Shown here: one piece after another, positions 13,333-25,767 of the stretch
How positions within the stretch are numbered: position 1 is the first letter of the stretch
Layout of the letters: the number at the start of each line of letters is the position of its first letter
Source of the DNA: Catajapyx aquilonaris
Lineage: Eukaryota
Length of the DNA: 36,865 nt
Assembly: GCA_000934665.2 (NCBI GenBank)
Contig: JYFJ02003881.1
Span: 1-36,865 of the forward strand
Direction of reading: 5' to 3'
Translations under genes and position numbers: made by a program
The notes under the pieces: model-generated
Seen by the model: the letters and a program-made list of their open reading frames with translations, nothing else
What the model was told of the DNA's origin: nothing
Database searches by the model: none

Positions 13333-15872
13333 TAACCTTTAATATTAATATATTACTGGTAGTTGTGTATATAGAGGAAATAAGTTATTTGTCCGTAAAC
13401 TTTTTCGACATATAACGCACCTAAATATTAAATCTATCATCATTTAATGCGTAGTACCTCAAACATCACTCTAAGCTTCCTTTTCAAGAAGCCCCTTACT
13501 AATACGTAGAATATATCAGCATTTTTTATCATTGAAAATGGAGGGAGCTGTAAGAGAAAAATACCGCTCGTTCCGCTGCTTTTCTCGTCAAGGTTGTCAG
13601 GGCAAAGAAGATTTTCCCCTGGCGCCACGAGAGTAAAACTATGCGAGAAGTCCCCTCTTTCTCCCTCCTCTGAGCCAAATAAATTAAATCGGCAAAACTA
13701 TGCGGATAAAACGAGGAAGCCAAAGTCTAGGCAGGAGGGGGGAAAGGCAAGCATCAGGAAGGAAGGAAGGAAGGAAGAGAAATCCGAGTCTTCTCTCTAG
13801 CTTTATGAACGTCAACTGGATGTTGCAAGCTTTGGCTGAAGGAAACGGTTCCCTGGGTGACCGCAACCGCGCCACTAACTTGCAAGACTTGTCGAGTGGA
13901 AATTAAGTTTTTTTTTTTTCTTGGCATACCGGTACCTCACAAGCTTGTACCAACTTTGGTGAATTGTTTGCGTATTTCATTCTCTTCGTTTCTTTTAGAA
14001 ACTGACGGCATCTCTTCGCCTTAAAACCAGGATGTCTGCACGGTGGAGTCGTCGACTATCATTGTTTGCCTGCCATGTGTTGTTGACGGTCAGGGAATGG
14101 TGCAAAAGACTAGCCCTAAGCCACTTGTTGCGGTTGAGTGTCTGGAAAGTGCGTTGGCTGCATTTTGACTGCTGTTGCTGACAGCTCACTGTTCCCGGCA
14201 TCTGAATTTCTATGCCGGACCCTGCTGAATGCAGGGACCTAGCAGTCCAATATTATTTTGAACTAAAGCTGGCCTTTTGTTCGATGGCTGCAGGGCCGCC
14301 AGTTGGCTCGCACTTTGTGCACCAGCACTAATCAATGTTGAAGTAATGGAGAGAACATTATGCGTTTTGCAGGTCAGGTGAACGAACTTGCATGGGGGAC
14401 TACATTGGGTGCCTGAAATGACATCTATATGGTAAATAGACGGGAGCAATGGAAAATTGGATTGTGGTTTTCTTGGGATTCTAACTGATCAGGCCATTTT
14501 TCTGTCTATGGTTTCTTGACCCTACCTTCAACTATATGTTTCCGCCAATACGCACAACGATCGCCACGAGACGACCGTCACTGTTTCTACAAAAAAAAAA
14601 GTTTCCGATTGAAGCACGGCCCACCTGACCAACTTTCAATCTCAGTTCTCGTGATCCACCAGCGAACAAATCCAGCTGGTCGGATCCGGCAGCCGAGTGC
14701 GAATAGCAAAATCGGGTCTGCAAAGAACAAGACGTAGGATATCCTTTTCCCGGGGTGATTAGGAAATTTGGCCACACCTCGCCACTCTGGCCGTGATTTG
14801 TCTCCATTAGGCTCGGAAGGCACACACTCCATCTGTAGGCCGGGTCTCCATTCTTCATCGCCACGTTATAAATGGTGGCGTCAAAAGGTGTTAGGGCGGC
14901 TCGTGACACTGACGAGCCCCCAGCTTAACTTTATGCAACGGTGAGCGCTGCCGAAAGGTGAAAGGCCTACTGGAGAAATTTCCTGCAAAGCTGCAGCTCT
15001 CCCATTGCCAAATGGAACAATTAAGGCTTGACTCTGAGGGGGGCTCACACCAGGATTTCTCCTTTGTGCAGACCTCATCCTTAATTTCTGACCACGCCAC
15101 CTAATTAGCGCGGCGTAACTATATGCGAAGGAAAGTTCGGTTGGCTTTGGTTGTGACCAATGGAAGGAGAAGTTATTTTTGTCTTTGTCTTAGGCGCTCC
15201 TGCCTACGAGCAATTCTCCAGAGAGGGCTGGTCTGTCCTAGACTGCTGTATACGACTATAGACTATTCTTCTTTCTCCAGATTGACTTTGGAGAAAGCCA
15301 GCGGCCCACAAAAGGTAATTTGGAGGGAGGTGAGAAACATTCGGAAAGTAATGAGTTTTCCTCTTGATTTATCGCCATTAACCGCCGGATAGCCAAGGCT
15401 AATATTTTCCATTGAGGACGATAGAAACACTGAGGTAGAAGGAAAGGGAAAGTGGAGGGGAAAAAACGAGGGAAAAAATATTGCTTGTGAGTTGGTCCGG
15501 AAATGACGCTGAGCGAGCGCTTGTTTTCTTTCGTGTTGAAAAATGACGAGAATATGTTGCCGCTCCTTTGTGGTGACATGAAATATTACAATAAGAAGAG
15601 TCCCAAAACCGCACATAATTTGTTTGCACGCTGAGAAGAGGTGTACCTGAGGCATGGATACCCGTATTTGAAATTCTGATTTCTGGACTCTTTCAGCTGT
15701 CACGATCAAAATGACATAGGGCACATCCTGTCAGGTGCGGCTTGGGTATGTAAATGTACTTTGTGAAGATACAATAACACACTACCGTACAAAAGATGCA
15801 GTGAGGGATAAAGAAGCTGCAATTTAATTAATTAATATACAGTACATATAGCTTAAATGATCACATTATTAT

Positions 15873-16249
15873 TATTATCATCACCATCATCATCATTATT
15901 ATTATATATTTTAATTTTTTAATTACCCCACGGGGGGAGCTATCTACTCCTTATGGGGGGGGGGAGGTGGATTACCACCATTGGTATTTATTTGGAGCGT
16001 GTTAAGAGAATCTTATTAATTACTCCAAGGGTTGGTAGGAGGGGATGTGCAAAGTGCGTGTGCGCTCTCGTTGAGTGGTCATTTTGTGAACTCCCCCGGG
16101 TGGATTAGTATTTAGGAAATTTCCACCTGAAATGAAGCCAGATATGGCCCAACTCTGCACGGATAAAGGTGGGAACCCCGGGTGGGGATTGAACCCGAGA
16201 CCTTCATATCCGTGGGCACACGCGTTACCGCGACGCCACTTCATCTCCC
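15873..16249 (-). mobile_element. tRNA-derived SINE with microsatellite tail
   Basis: Minus-strand head with A box (TGGCGTCGCGG) and B box (GGTTCAATCC); 19-bp TSD taaatgatcacattattat at 15854-15872 and 16250-16268; ATT/CAT tail. Confidence 0.88.
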
Positions 16250-17202
16250 TAAATGATCACATTATTATAACACATACAATCATGTATTATATTACCCATG
16301 TTATAGAATAATTATGTTGTGAATGTGTTACTTTAATTATCTTAGAATAGGAAGCAGTGGATTCGTAATTTGATTCCGGCAGGACACTTCAATAATCCGC
16401 TTAAGGAAACATTATCCGGGTGGAAAATAAAAAAAAATACTGTCATTCATTGTTGTCAACAATGAATAACAAACTCATTCTGGCTCTTTTCCAGTCAGAA
16501 AATATTTCATGAAGGCGGTGTAACCGGATCTAAGTTGGTTTGTCTGAACAAATTTATCGATTCTGTCGCAAGTAGAACCAATTATGTGAAGAATGTGCTG
16601 TTAAAATTTTTATGTGAATTACTGGATGGAGGGTCATTCCATCTCAACTCAGACGATGTTGGCGCCCCACCATCTCAAATGTTGAAAAAAAAAAATCATG
16701 AGAATTTACATCCACGACCTAATGTGAAATGCCAAGTTTGAGCCCTACTTTGCAATATCGTGGGGTGGGATCCCATGAGTAAAATTGGGCGTGAAGAGAA
16801 ATTAGCATTGTTTTGAGAATTTTTATTGACCAGATATAATCCAAAGCCATCAGTACTGCACATAAAATGAAAGAGAAGAAATAGGGGAATAAAACGGTGC
16901 AAGATGTGAAATGCAAATTGAAATATTTTTGATGGCAGTTAGTATTTTTCCAAAAAGAATGACTAAATATTAGTGACGTAATTGCTCCAAGTCTACTGTA
17001 TTATTGATCACCACTGGAAAACCCTCGGGAAAGCCTCATATGCCTCCCATGGTGTCAAAATGTCAACTGTGACGCATGTTTGTCTATGCCTATGATATGC
17101 TCCAATTTGGGATTTTATTTTTCAGGCCTCTTTTTGCACTTGTAGCTTAAACAGCTAATTAAAAATGGATGCAGGGCTAAAGTGCAGTTTTGAAGAAATG
17201 AT

Positions 17203-18793
17203 GGCCTAGTCCATATCAATTCAGGCAGGCAAAGAGAAAATCTTACCTTCATAGTCTCAGATGTTTTTCAGTTTAACATATGTTAAAATTCAGGCAAAGG
17301 TAAGAGACCCGTATTTTTTTGTTTTGTTCAAAAAAATTCCTGGCCCGAGATACAGGCCGCCAAAGATGGCGCCTCGGGCGCCATATTTCTCACTTGGGAT
17401 TATCGACAAAATTTTGAAACGCTCTATCTCTGGAGCGGTTAGAGGTCATTTGTTGTGGGTTTTTTATTTGAAAGATGATATTCTTCCGATTAAAATGATA
17501 TCCTCCGTTTGGAAATATGTGTCCAAGTTCTCTTGCTGTAGCCTTTTGAATTTCTTTTTCGAAAAATCAAAAATAATTTTTTTTTCAAAAAAGGCAATCC
17601 CAAAAATTTTGATTTTCTGACTGTTGATTAGTACCATAGAGTACTACATTCCCTGAAAAGGAGAGCTTCCACTTTTGAGTTTAACAGGCTTTATAAACAA
17701 TTGAAAATTTTGCCATGTAGGCCTACATTAAACCAATTTCCGTTACACATACTCACATATTGGTCTCATGAAATCAAGCTCTAGTCTTATTTGCCATGGC
17801 ATTTTAATTCTTAGGGCCAGTTGCACCGGTCTCAGTATAACTTAGAACCTCGGGTATAACAAGAATTGCCATAGCAATCATTGTTGACCAACAATGATTG
17901 GTATGGCAATTCTTGTTATACCCGAGGTTCTAAGATATACTGAGGCCGGTGCAACTGGCCCTTAATAAATATAAGTTACAGATACAGCTTTCAAAGCATA
18001 CTAAAGTTTCCAAAATTTAATCTTTATTTAATTGTTATTAATTTAATTTTTATTTTTAATTTTTAATTTTATTTAAATTTAAATCTTTTAAGACCGTGAT
18101 CAGCGGAATCCTCACAAAAGCTTACTTATTAAGTGCTGTTGGACCACAAAGGATGGGTTGCAACTTCACCAGTCCTGTTGTTCACAATCAATAGGATCAT
18201 TACCACTGATATTTTCACAGGAGTAGGGTGTGGATCGGTGTGGATCCTGGCCCCAGCCATCTTGTATCCAATCCAAATTAACCACGGAAGCTTAAACATG
18301 AACATTGTTTATAAAACCTGTTAAACTCAAAAGTGGAAGCTCTCCTTTTCAGGGAATGTAGTACTCTATGGTACTAATCAACAGTCAGAAAATCAACATT
18401 TTTGGGATTGCCTTTTTTGAAAAAAAAATTATTTTTGATTTTTCTAAAAAGAAATTCAAAAGGCTACAGCAAGAGAACTTGGACACATATTTCCAAACGG
18501 AGGATATCATTTTAATCGGAAGAATATCATCTTTCAAATAAAAAACCCGCAACAAATGACCTCTAACCGTTCCAGAGATAGAGCGTTTCAAAGTTTTGCC
18601 GATAATCCCAAGTGAGAAATATGGCGCCCGAGGCGCCATCTTTGGCGGCCTGTATCTCGGGCCAGGAATTTTTTTGAACAAAACAAAAAAATACGGGTCT
18701 CTTACCTTTGCCTGAATTTTAACATATGTTAAATTCAAAAACATCTGAGACTATGAAGGTAACCCCCCTGCCTGAATTGATACGGACTAGGCC
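17203..18793. mobile_element. 1.6-kb non-autonomous DNA transposon with ~500-bp TIRs (Zator-like termini)
   Basis: Highly similar inverted arms 17203-17701 and 18304-18793; termini GGCCTAGTCC...GGACTAGGCC; 3-bp TSD GAT at 17200-17202 and 18794-18796. Confidence 0.9.
17814..17961. mobile_element. 148-bp palindromic PIF/Harbinger (Tourist-like) MITE nested in the 1.6-kb element
   Basis: TTA|GGGCCAGTTGCACCGG ... CCGGTGCAACTGGCCC|TTA; near-perfect hairpin with a 2-nt centre. Confidence 0.92.
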
Positions 18794-21700
18794 GATACAT
18801 TCTTGCCACAATGCATAGCCGGAAAATGACTTCTAATAATATTACAATTATCTTGTGATGGATGTAATACGTATGAATCATTTAGCTGCTGTTTTATCCA
18901 TTAATACTGCTCTGAATTATTAATATTGGTCATTGTAGGACTGAATTTTATGAACCAAAAGTAGAAATATTTAAACTAAATGGTTTAGATCATTATTTAA
19001 TAAATAATTTGCTTTACGAGACCAGACATAGTTACGGTAACATCCGTCGGCAGGCGTGGGCTGTGCCAGAGAAAACGTTCCTCTTTAAGGAGAATAGGAA
19101 ATCATCACCCACTTTCTTCTCTAAGCCCAATTTTAGCACTTTCAACATCCTTGCAACCTTTATCCATCATATATCTTATATCGCAAGATATTCACGCTGA
19201 ATTTAAGCCCAGAAATTCTGAAAAGCAAGCCGAACTACCGCACTCCTTATTGGGAAATACTCCAAAGAAAGCAATAACAAACAGCGAGTTGAAGGAAATG
19301 GATGAAACGAGCCCCGAAGTCGATATTTAACCTCCGGGCTGCAGCCTTGCTTCTTTTATTAGGAGTGGTTCCGTAATTCAAATTCCCGCCTTTCTAATTG
19401 CGACCTCTTCTCCAAGGAGGTGCTAAAAGAAACCAGGCGCAATTCGTCAGCCTGGAAATATAGCCTGGGCGCTGGGGAGGCATAGGAGAAGATCTAGTTC
19501 CTTTGTGCCTCTCAATCTCATCTCCCAAAATCCCCCGCACTTGATTCCAACGGCTGTAAGAGTGGAAGCCATCAGCTTATTGGAATTGGCATTAAAAACC
19601 CTCCGCTCCCTCCTGATAAGAGATGTAAGCGCAAATGCGATGGCACAGCTCCGGAAAAGGGTTGGCAGCCGTTACCATTGACACCGTCGGAGAAGAGAAG
19701 AAAAATTTCAGAGTGGACTCAAACCAACTGTGAGAACCACAATTCTTCATCAATGCCACTTCTACTTCAGTCCAATACGGGCAGCTCCAAAAGGTTATCG
19801 TTTGCTATTAGGCCAGAAGGAACATTTGTTTCAATCGCGGAGCCTGACACTGAGTTGTTGGAGGGGGTTTGCTGCTGATGCTGGAAGGATTCAGAGTTGC
19901 GCCCTACACACTCTCTCAAAGTTTGGACAATAAAATGTTCTGCCTCGATTGTTCCCTTTCTGCCTCGTTTCGCAACTTGTGCGCCTAGCAAATATTATTT
20001 TCTGTTATTTACGTTACAGCACGTGGTCAGGTGGCTACCAGAAATGCTAGTTATTCCACCTTTAAATCGCGCATTATTTACCACGTAATATCACAAAGTG
20101 AACCTCCTGCAAACGACTAGCTCCACAACAAGATTGGTCAACCCAGGTCTTTTAATCAAACTTGTACTCCCACCCCTCCTTAATCCGTCTTCGTCTGCAG
20201 TACACAACCAAGAAGAAAACAGCAGGAAACAAAAAAGAGAAATAAAACAGAAAAAAACCCGACCGAGGGGACACACCAGCAAGGGGAAACTCAAGAGGAG
20301 AAAAGAAAAGGTCGATTTCTCATTAAGGCCAAGTCTCATAGTTATCAGATGGATCACATTTGCCGCTTCCCCCCTTTTAATTACCTGCCTGATGAGGCTT
20401 TTTTACACGGTGGATGCTTTATTAGTGGCAGATGGTACTCCCAATTGTAATAAATCGAGCGATGCCTAATAAACTCGTCTGGCCGTGAATCCTCAGCGCC
20501 CCCCAGTAATATAGTAATTTTTACGCGTCTAAAAAATACCCCACTTTCTTTGAGGCGTTACGTACTAAAACAGGCAGCGTAATGCGTGGCAGTCTTTTCA
20601 GAATTGCAAATGACTAGATCCTGTTGAAAGCACATATTTGTTCCATAGCAAAAAATATATATATATATAAAAAGACAGCGGGAGGACATTTGTCCCCCTC
20701 ACAGTCCTCTGAACGACCTGTGTCGAGCTGAAGATTATACGGCGTTTATGGCAGTCAGTGTTCCGATGGCTGGCGCTTACCAGCCGTAAATTTGCCTGCC
20801 CGTCCGGATTTATAGCGACTGACATTTTCTCAACTGTCGCCTCCAATCTGACATTTGTGAAGCTTACGACTTGGCACTGTTCTACTTCCATTCAGAGAAA
20901 AACGGAAATGCGACAGATTTTTAGATCCAACCCATGCGACGATCATTACCGATATTTTTTTCCGCCACATCAAACTGCTTCAGTACGCATCATATTGCGG
21001 TCGAAAGGCGCAATATTCTGAACCAGCCAGCTCCCTTCTGCAAAAAAATAGCGTTTCTAGTAGTAATCAATCATATTTTGAAGGTTCCTCCTGACGACGT
21101 ACCAGGAGATGTATGGATCCAATCATGAAATAGGGAAGCCCGGTTCACACTCTGCACTGTACACTGTTAGGGGGGGTCGCAATCAAATAATTCCTAGGTA
21201 ACCTAATCCGTACTTTGATTCAGGAAGGCACAGTTGCCTCGTCGCCTTTAAACCAAAGACAGCTGATCCTTTCATCTCCCGTTTGTTATTTGGCCAGTGA
21301 AATTTCGCATGGCAGGGGGCAAACCGGAGAGCACTGACTCCGTGCCTACCAGCCTAGTTGGAGCTCCCTTTGGTCCCTGGACCATCTATATATCTGGTGT
21401 GGGCCCCAAGCGATGCTTTGATCGAATCAGCACGGCGCGTCGATCAAAGTCCCGTCCTGCGACTGTGCTTCAATGCGCGCCTGACGCGGCGAACAAAATG
21501 AAAAGGGGGGAAAGTGGGGAATGGAGGAAGGTAGAGGGAAGCATCTCCCTGTAAAAAAAGAGGGAACCTGCTGGAGAACCGGGAGAGGAAAGGATATAGA
21601 GATTTTCTTGTTAAATACCTATCCTACCTGCTGGACGGAGTGTCAATATTGGAGACAAAATGGGGATTATGTAACATGGACGTGACGAATCTGAAGAGGT

Positions 21701-23519
21701 ACTGAATTATAGATTAAAAATGGGGGGAAAAATGGCTGAAATTGCCTAGTGAACTTTGACCAGGAACTTGGGAGCAATCTGCCTTATAATTGCTTTGAGC
21801 CAAGGGGGTTCGCCATTTTTTTCCCCCTTCCACATCCACCACTCTTCTCCACTTTTACTCTCTCTCCATCCTTGTGAGCACAGGTCGATTTCTCAATTTC
21901 CGTCCAGAGTGCGGTCTAAGTAATGCAGTAGGAACTTAGATGGCAAAGAGGCGTCCCCAAAGGGCTGCCCGTCGCAGGGGACTAACTCTGCTCTTGACAG
22001 CTCTGACATGGCAACTTGCTCTTCTAATGGAGTTTGCTGTGGGAAATATGATTTCAAAAGTACTGTAAACCACCCCCTAGTCTAGTCCTGAAGGGGGGGG
22101 GGAGTGGGGCAAAAAAAATGGTACAGCTTTGCCACTGAAAGTGCACAGGGTTGGTACATTTCCTAGGAGAGAACGTTCTTTGATCGGTACCGTTGATATA
22201 AAGTAGGTTTCTGAGTGCATTCTTAATTCATTTTTTTCTCCCCTCGTCCAAGTGTGACGTAGCATTGGCTAAACTACATGTGGTAATGCAACATGTCCCT
22301 TAGGAATGAAATCTGTGTGTACTGAGCCGACAAGTTGATCTCCCCCCCCCCAAGCTTCATCTAGACCCTGTGTTGATATAATTAACCTTTGATTTGGACT
22401 TCGTTATACTCCTCTCCCTGAATCCTACCACCCTCCTTCCATTCCGCCTTCCCTTTCTGAGTTAGCTCCCTGAATTCCCGACTTTGATTTCTGAGCAGAC
22501 AAAATGAAAACAACACTTTGGACTAATTGGATAGAGGAAATTGCAAGGGTGATGTGATCAGGAGAGGGCTTTGAACCTTCCTACTAACTGTTCCCATACT
22601 ATGTCAAAACCCTGCATTTGTTTCCTCAGGAGCACGAGAAGGAAACTGTAAGAAAACCTGACGGTTCTTTCCATACTGCTGGATATTATACAAACTTGTT
22701 ATAAACGAATCCATAGCTTGAAATTCGAATCAGAATGTCTGGAAGGGAAGCAACTCGTTTGGCCTCGTTATTCTCCCCTGCCAATACCTAAGCATCCAAA
22801 GTGTACACAAAAGGTATCTGTAGGGCTTTGATAAGATCCAATTTCTACGAGTATGGCGGCGTCAGAAGGAACTTGCAATAACTTAGTGTCAGCCAGAGTG
22901 TAATGTCTCCTAGTCCAGATTGGAAGCAATATATTATATGGGAGAAGTCTCTCACCCCCTGGATGTGATAATGAGTTGCAAGCATCAGGTCCCCACGGCT
23001 CCGGAGAGAGACAGATTGAATGCCCGGAAATCCCGGGACAGGCAAGGCGTTGGCAAAGGCTTTTGGATGTGAAGTGCAGCAGTGCAAGCGCGGAAATGGT
23101 TACGTTCGGATCAGGCCTGCATCCGTGGCGATTAGCAGATCGTGTTTGATGAAGGTTTTAAAGCGGGATTTTCCTTGGATTTGGGCCCAGCGAGTGGGCC
23201 CCCACGTGCATACTCGCCGCGGATTAGGTTTGTTTACAGGCCCACGTTTGATGAGGTTTTACTGCCCATCCTGCCAAAGGCGACCCTGTGCCAATGGACA
23301 CGAACTTTGCACGTTTCATTTGCCACCTTGTTTATCGACACTTTCGTGTTTGTCAACCGGCCTGGAAAGTACCCGCCAGACACTTAGGCTGGGTCAGAGA
23401 GAGGTTCCAAATCCTGTCGGCCAGGAACAAGTCACGCAATTTTTAAAGGGATGCACAGTGAGTCACCGACTGATAAATAACTATGATGTGCGACTTTGTT
23501 AGTTATTCCGTTGCATTTA

Positions 23520-23833
23520 CTGTATTACCTGGCTTAAAGATGCATGCCGGTATAAAACAAGGTAGATCGGCATGCCGCAATAACCGAGGTACATTTCCAT
23601 AATTTTTTCAGTGTCAAATTTTTGGGGGTGCTTCTGCTACCGTACTAAAATAACGTTGCGGGGGGAAATGGGCAAGTACAGAGCTGTGACAATATGCTAG
23701 TTTTGTTGCACAGTGCATCGAGGTTGACCAATCCTATATCGTCAGCTTGCTTTGAGGGGGGAACCCCTACTCCATCACAAAGGATCAAGGCAAATTCCTT
23801 CAGTCCTTTGCTTTGCTCAATAGCTCGATGGTT
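23520..23833 (+). repeat. Dispersed repeat copy B (same family as 542-909)
   Basis: Begins TA|CTGTATTACC; colinear with 542-909 but with two rather than three subterminal units. Confidence 0.7.
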
Positions 23834-24619
23834 CTATACTTCAGGCACACTGGTAGGTAGTTAATTATAATTATAATAATATCGGCCATATTAATAAGTG
23901 AAAGGATTAGGATCAAAAAATAGTACGGTATCTCCCAAAAAATCAGAGGCTTTATTTTTTTCCGAGCAAAAGATACAGTATGACATAATTGATTATTTCC
24001 AAAAATTCTACTTACCTTCTATTTTAGGTTGATAATTTTCTTACCGTATTCCCATAACAAAACATTCCGGAGATTATACTTTTTGAACAGTTTCGAAAGA
24101 ATCTATGTGAAAGTGTGAAAAACCATATTTTATCAAGAAGAGCTTACCGAATCACTGATGATGAGGACTCCAGCTACAAGGAAGAGGACGAAGCGGAGGA
24201 GAGTGAAAGTATAACGATTAAGTCGTCAGTTGCTCACTGCTATACTCTACAATACACTGTAGTACATACAGATTATATTTGGTAAATCCACGTGAAGGTG
24301 ATCACTTTGGACTAAGAATTTACCTGACCCCACCGATTTTGATGAAATTTGGTACAGTTGTAGGTCTCATAGAGTTATGTTGCCAGGCCGAATTTCACTT
24401 TAATCGGTTCACCCTGTTCGGCGTGAGCAATTGCGGGTACTTTTAATTTTTTTCTTACATAGCGGCCTGGGTGCACGATTGTTAATGGAATTGAGATACA
24501 GTGAGATTGTACACATTTAAATAACACTGTTGGATATGTATTTAAAATTGTATGAAAAAAGGGTATTGGATGTATGGAAGTCTGAGTTGTCCCTCCCTGC
24601 GTTTGGAGGCAGGGAGGAA

Positions 24620-24691
<72 letters not shown>

Positions 24692-24711
24692 TATTATTAT
24701 TATTATTATTA
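24620..24711. repeat. (AAT)n microsatellite switching directly to its complement (TTA)n
   Basis: (AAT)n 24620-24690 abuts (TTA)n 24691-24711. Confidence 0.95.
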
Positions 24712-24932
24712 CTACCCTGTTCGGCGTGGGAGGTCACGTAATTTGCGACCTTCGGAGAGCGCGCGGCGCCGTTTTTTAAAAATAGCTCTTTATCTATGGG
24801 CCCTAACTGGATAATTAGCATACATTTCGGGCGATGTTAGTTATAAATAAAATAACCCGGGAACTTGGAATACTCTGTATATGCATGCCATGGTGTTCCA
24901 GGTTCGTGGTTCGTTTTTAGCTATCACTAATA

Positions 24933-25223
24933 ATAATAATATAATAATAATTCATACCCCGTTATCAGCCATCGGCTCTTTAGGGGGGAAGTTTGTTTTG
25001 TCTGGAACTCTTTGCTTTTCATTTTACTGCGCTCGTTGGGATAGGATAGGGACGGAAGGAAGCGGCTGTGGCCTATTAATTACGGAAGCAACTCCGGAAT
25101 TTTCCTGGAAGGACCGTGGGAAGCCACAGAAAACCACGGTCAGAGTTGCCGGCCCCGGGATTCGAACCCAGGGCCTCTCGATTAGCAGTCGGACGCCCTA
25201 TCCACTATGCCAACCTGCTTCGG
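24933..25223 (-). mobile_element. tRNA-derived SINE with a conserved arthropod-type central domain (Inv/Nin-like)
   Basis: A box TGGCATAGTGG, B box GGTTCGAATCCC; body gtggttttctgtggcttccc...ccaggaaaattccgg...aggccacagccgcttccttcc; 16-bp TSD ttagctatcactaata at 24917-24932 and 25224-25239; TAA-repeat tail. Confidence 0.9.
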
Positions 25224-25767
25224 TTAGCTATCACTAATATCGCCCGAAGTAACTTAGTTGTTTTTGGTAGTGTGTTGCGCCACAAACTTCTGGGGACAGG
25301 TGATCCTTACAGCTATTTTCAGCAACAGATATTTAAATAAGTTACTGTACTGCAAAATAACTGTTATTTTATCTCTCCGATGAGGGACCATCTGGGACGA
25401 GAGGCGCAACAAGCTACAAAAAGTAACTACTTCGGGCCATATATTAGTTACAAATAAAACGACCCACAAACGCTGTACTATATCCAGACTGGCATACAAA
25501 AGTGCTTGGATGCTGTATCACCCTGTATCTCATGAAAGGATCAAGAATGGGTAGGTATAGCGCCGCGGCCTCCGTAAAACGCATCGAAGGCGCCGAACAC
25601 ACTCCACAAGTCTAAACACCCACCATCGCGCGTCGCGTCGGCCCTTTCTCATGTTAACTACTCAGTTCCATGTTTAGTAGTGCCTATAATCAGAAGCACG
25701 AAAATTCCGTCCGTCCTAAAATAATAGTCAGAACCTCTAAACAGTGACTAATAGTGGCTAATAGTAA

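Noticed and set aside
15655..15700. LKF*FLDSF resembling a Polinton polB exonuclease motif
   Set aside because: Following residues do not fit, and no other Polinton genes or termini were found
17261..18744. Two near-identical 119-aa ORFs on opposite strands
   Set aside because: Mirror images produced by the long TIRs; no recognisable domain
23020..23070. Walker-A-like GNPGTGKALAKAF
   Set aside because: Lacks S/T after K, has no preceding hydrophobic strand (in-frame stop just upstream) and no Walker B downstream
24375..24821. Poly-Y, poly-N and poly-I ORFs
   Set aside because: Translations of the AAT/TTA microsatellite
25140..25223. tRNA-like sequences (also near 16170-16249, 28960-29038 and 29545-29621)
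   Set aside because: They are SINE heads continuing into body and tail and bounded by TSDs, not stand-alone tRNA genes
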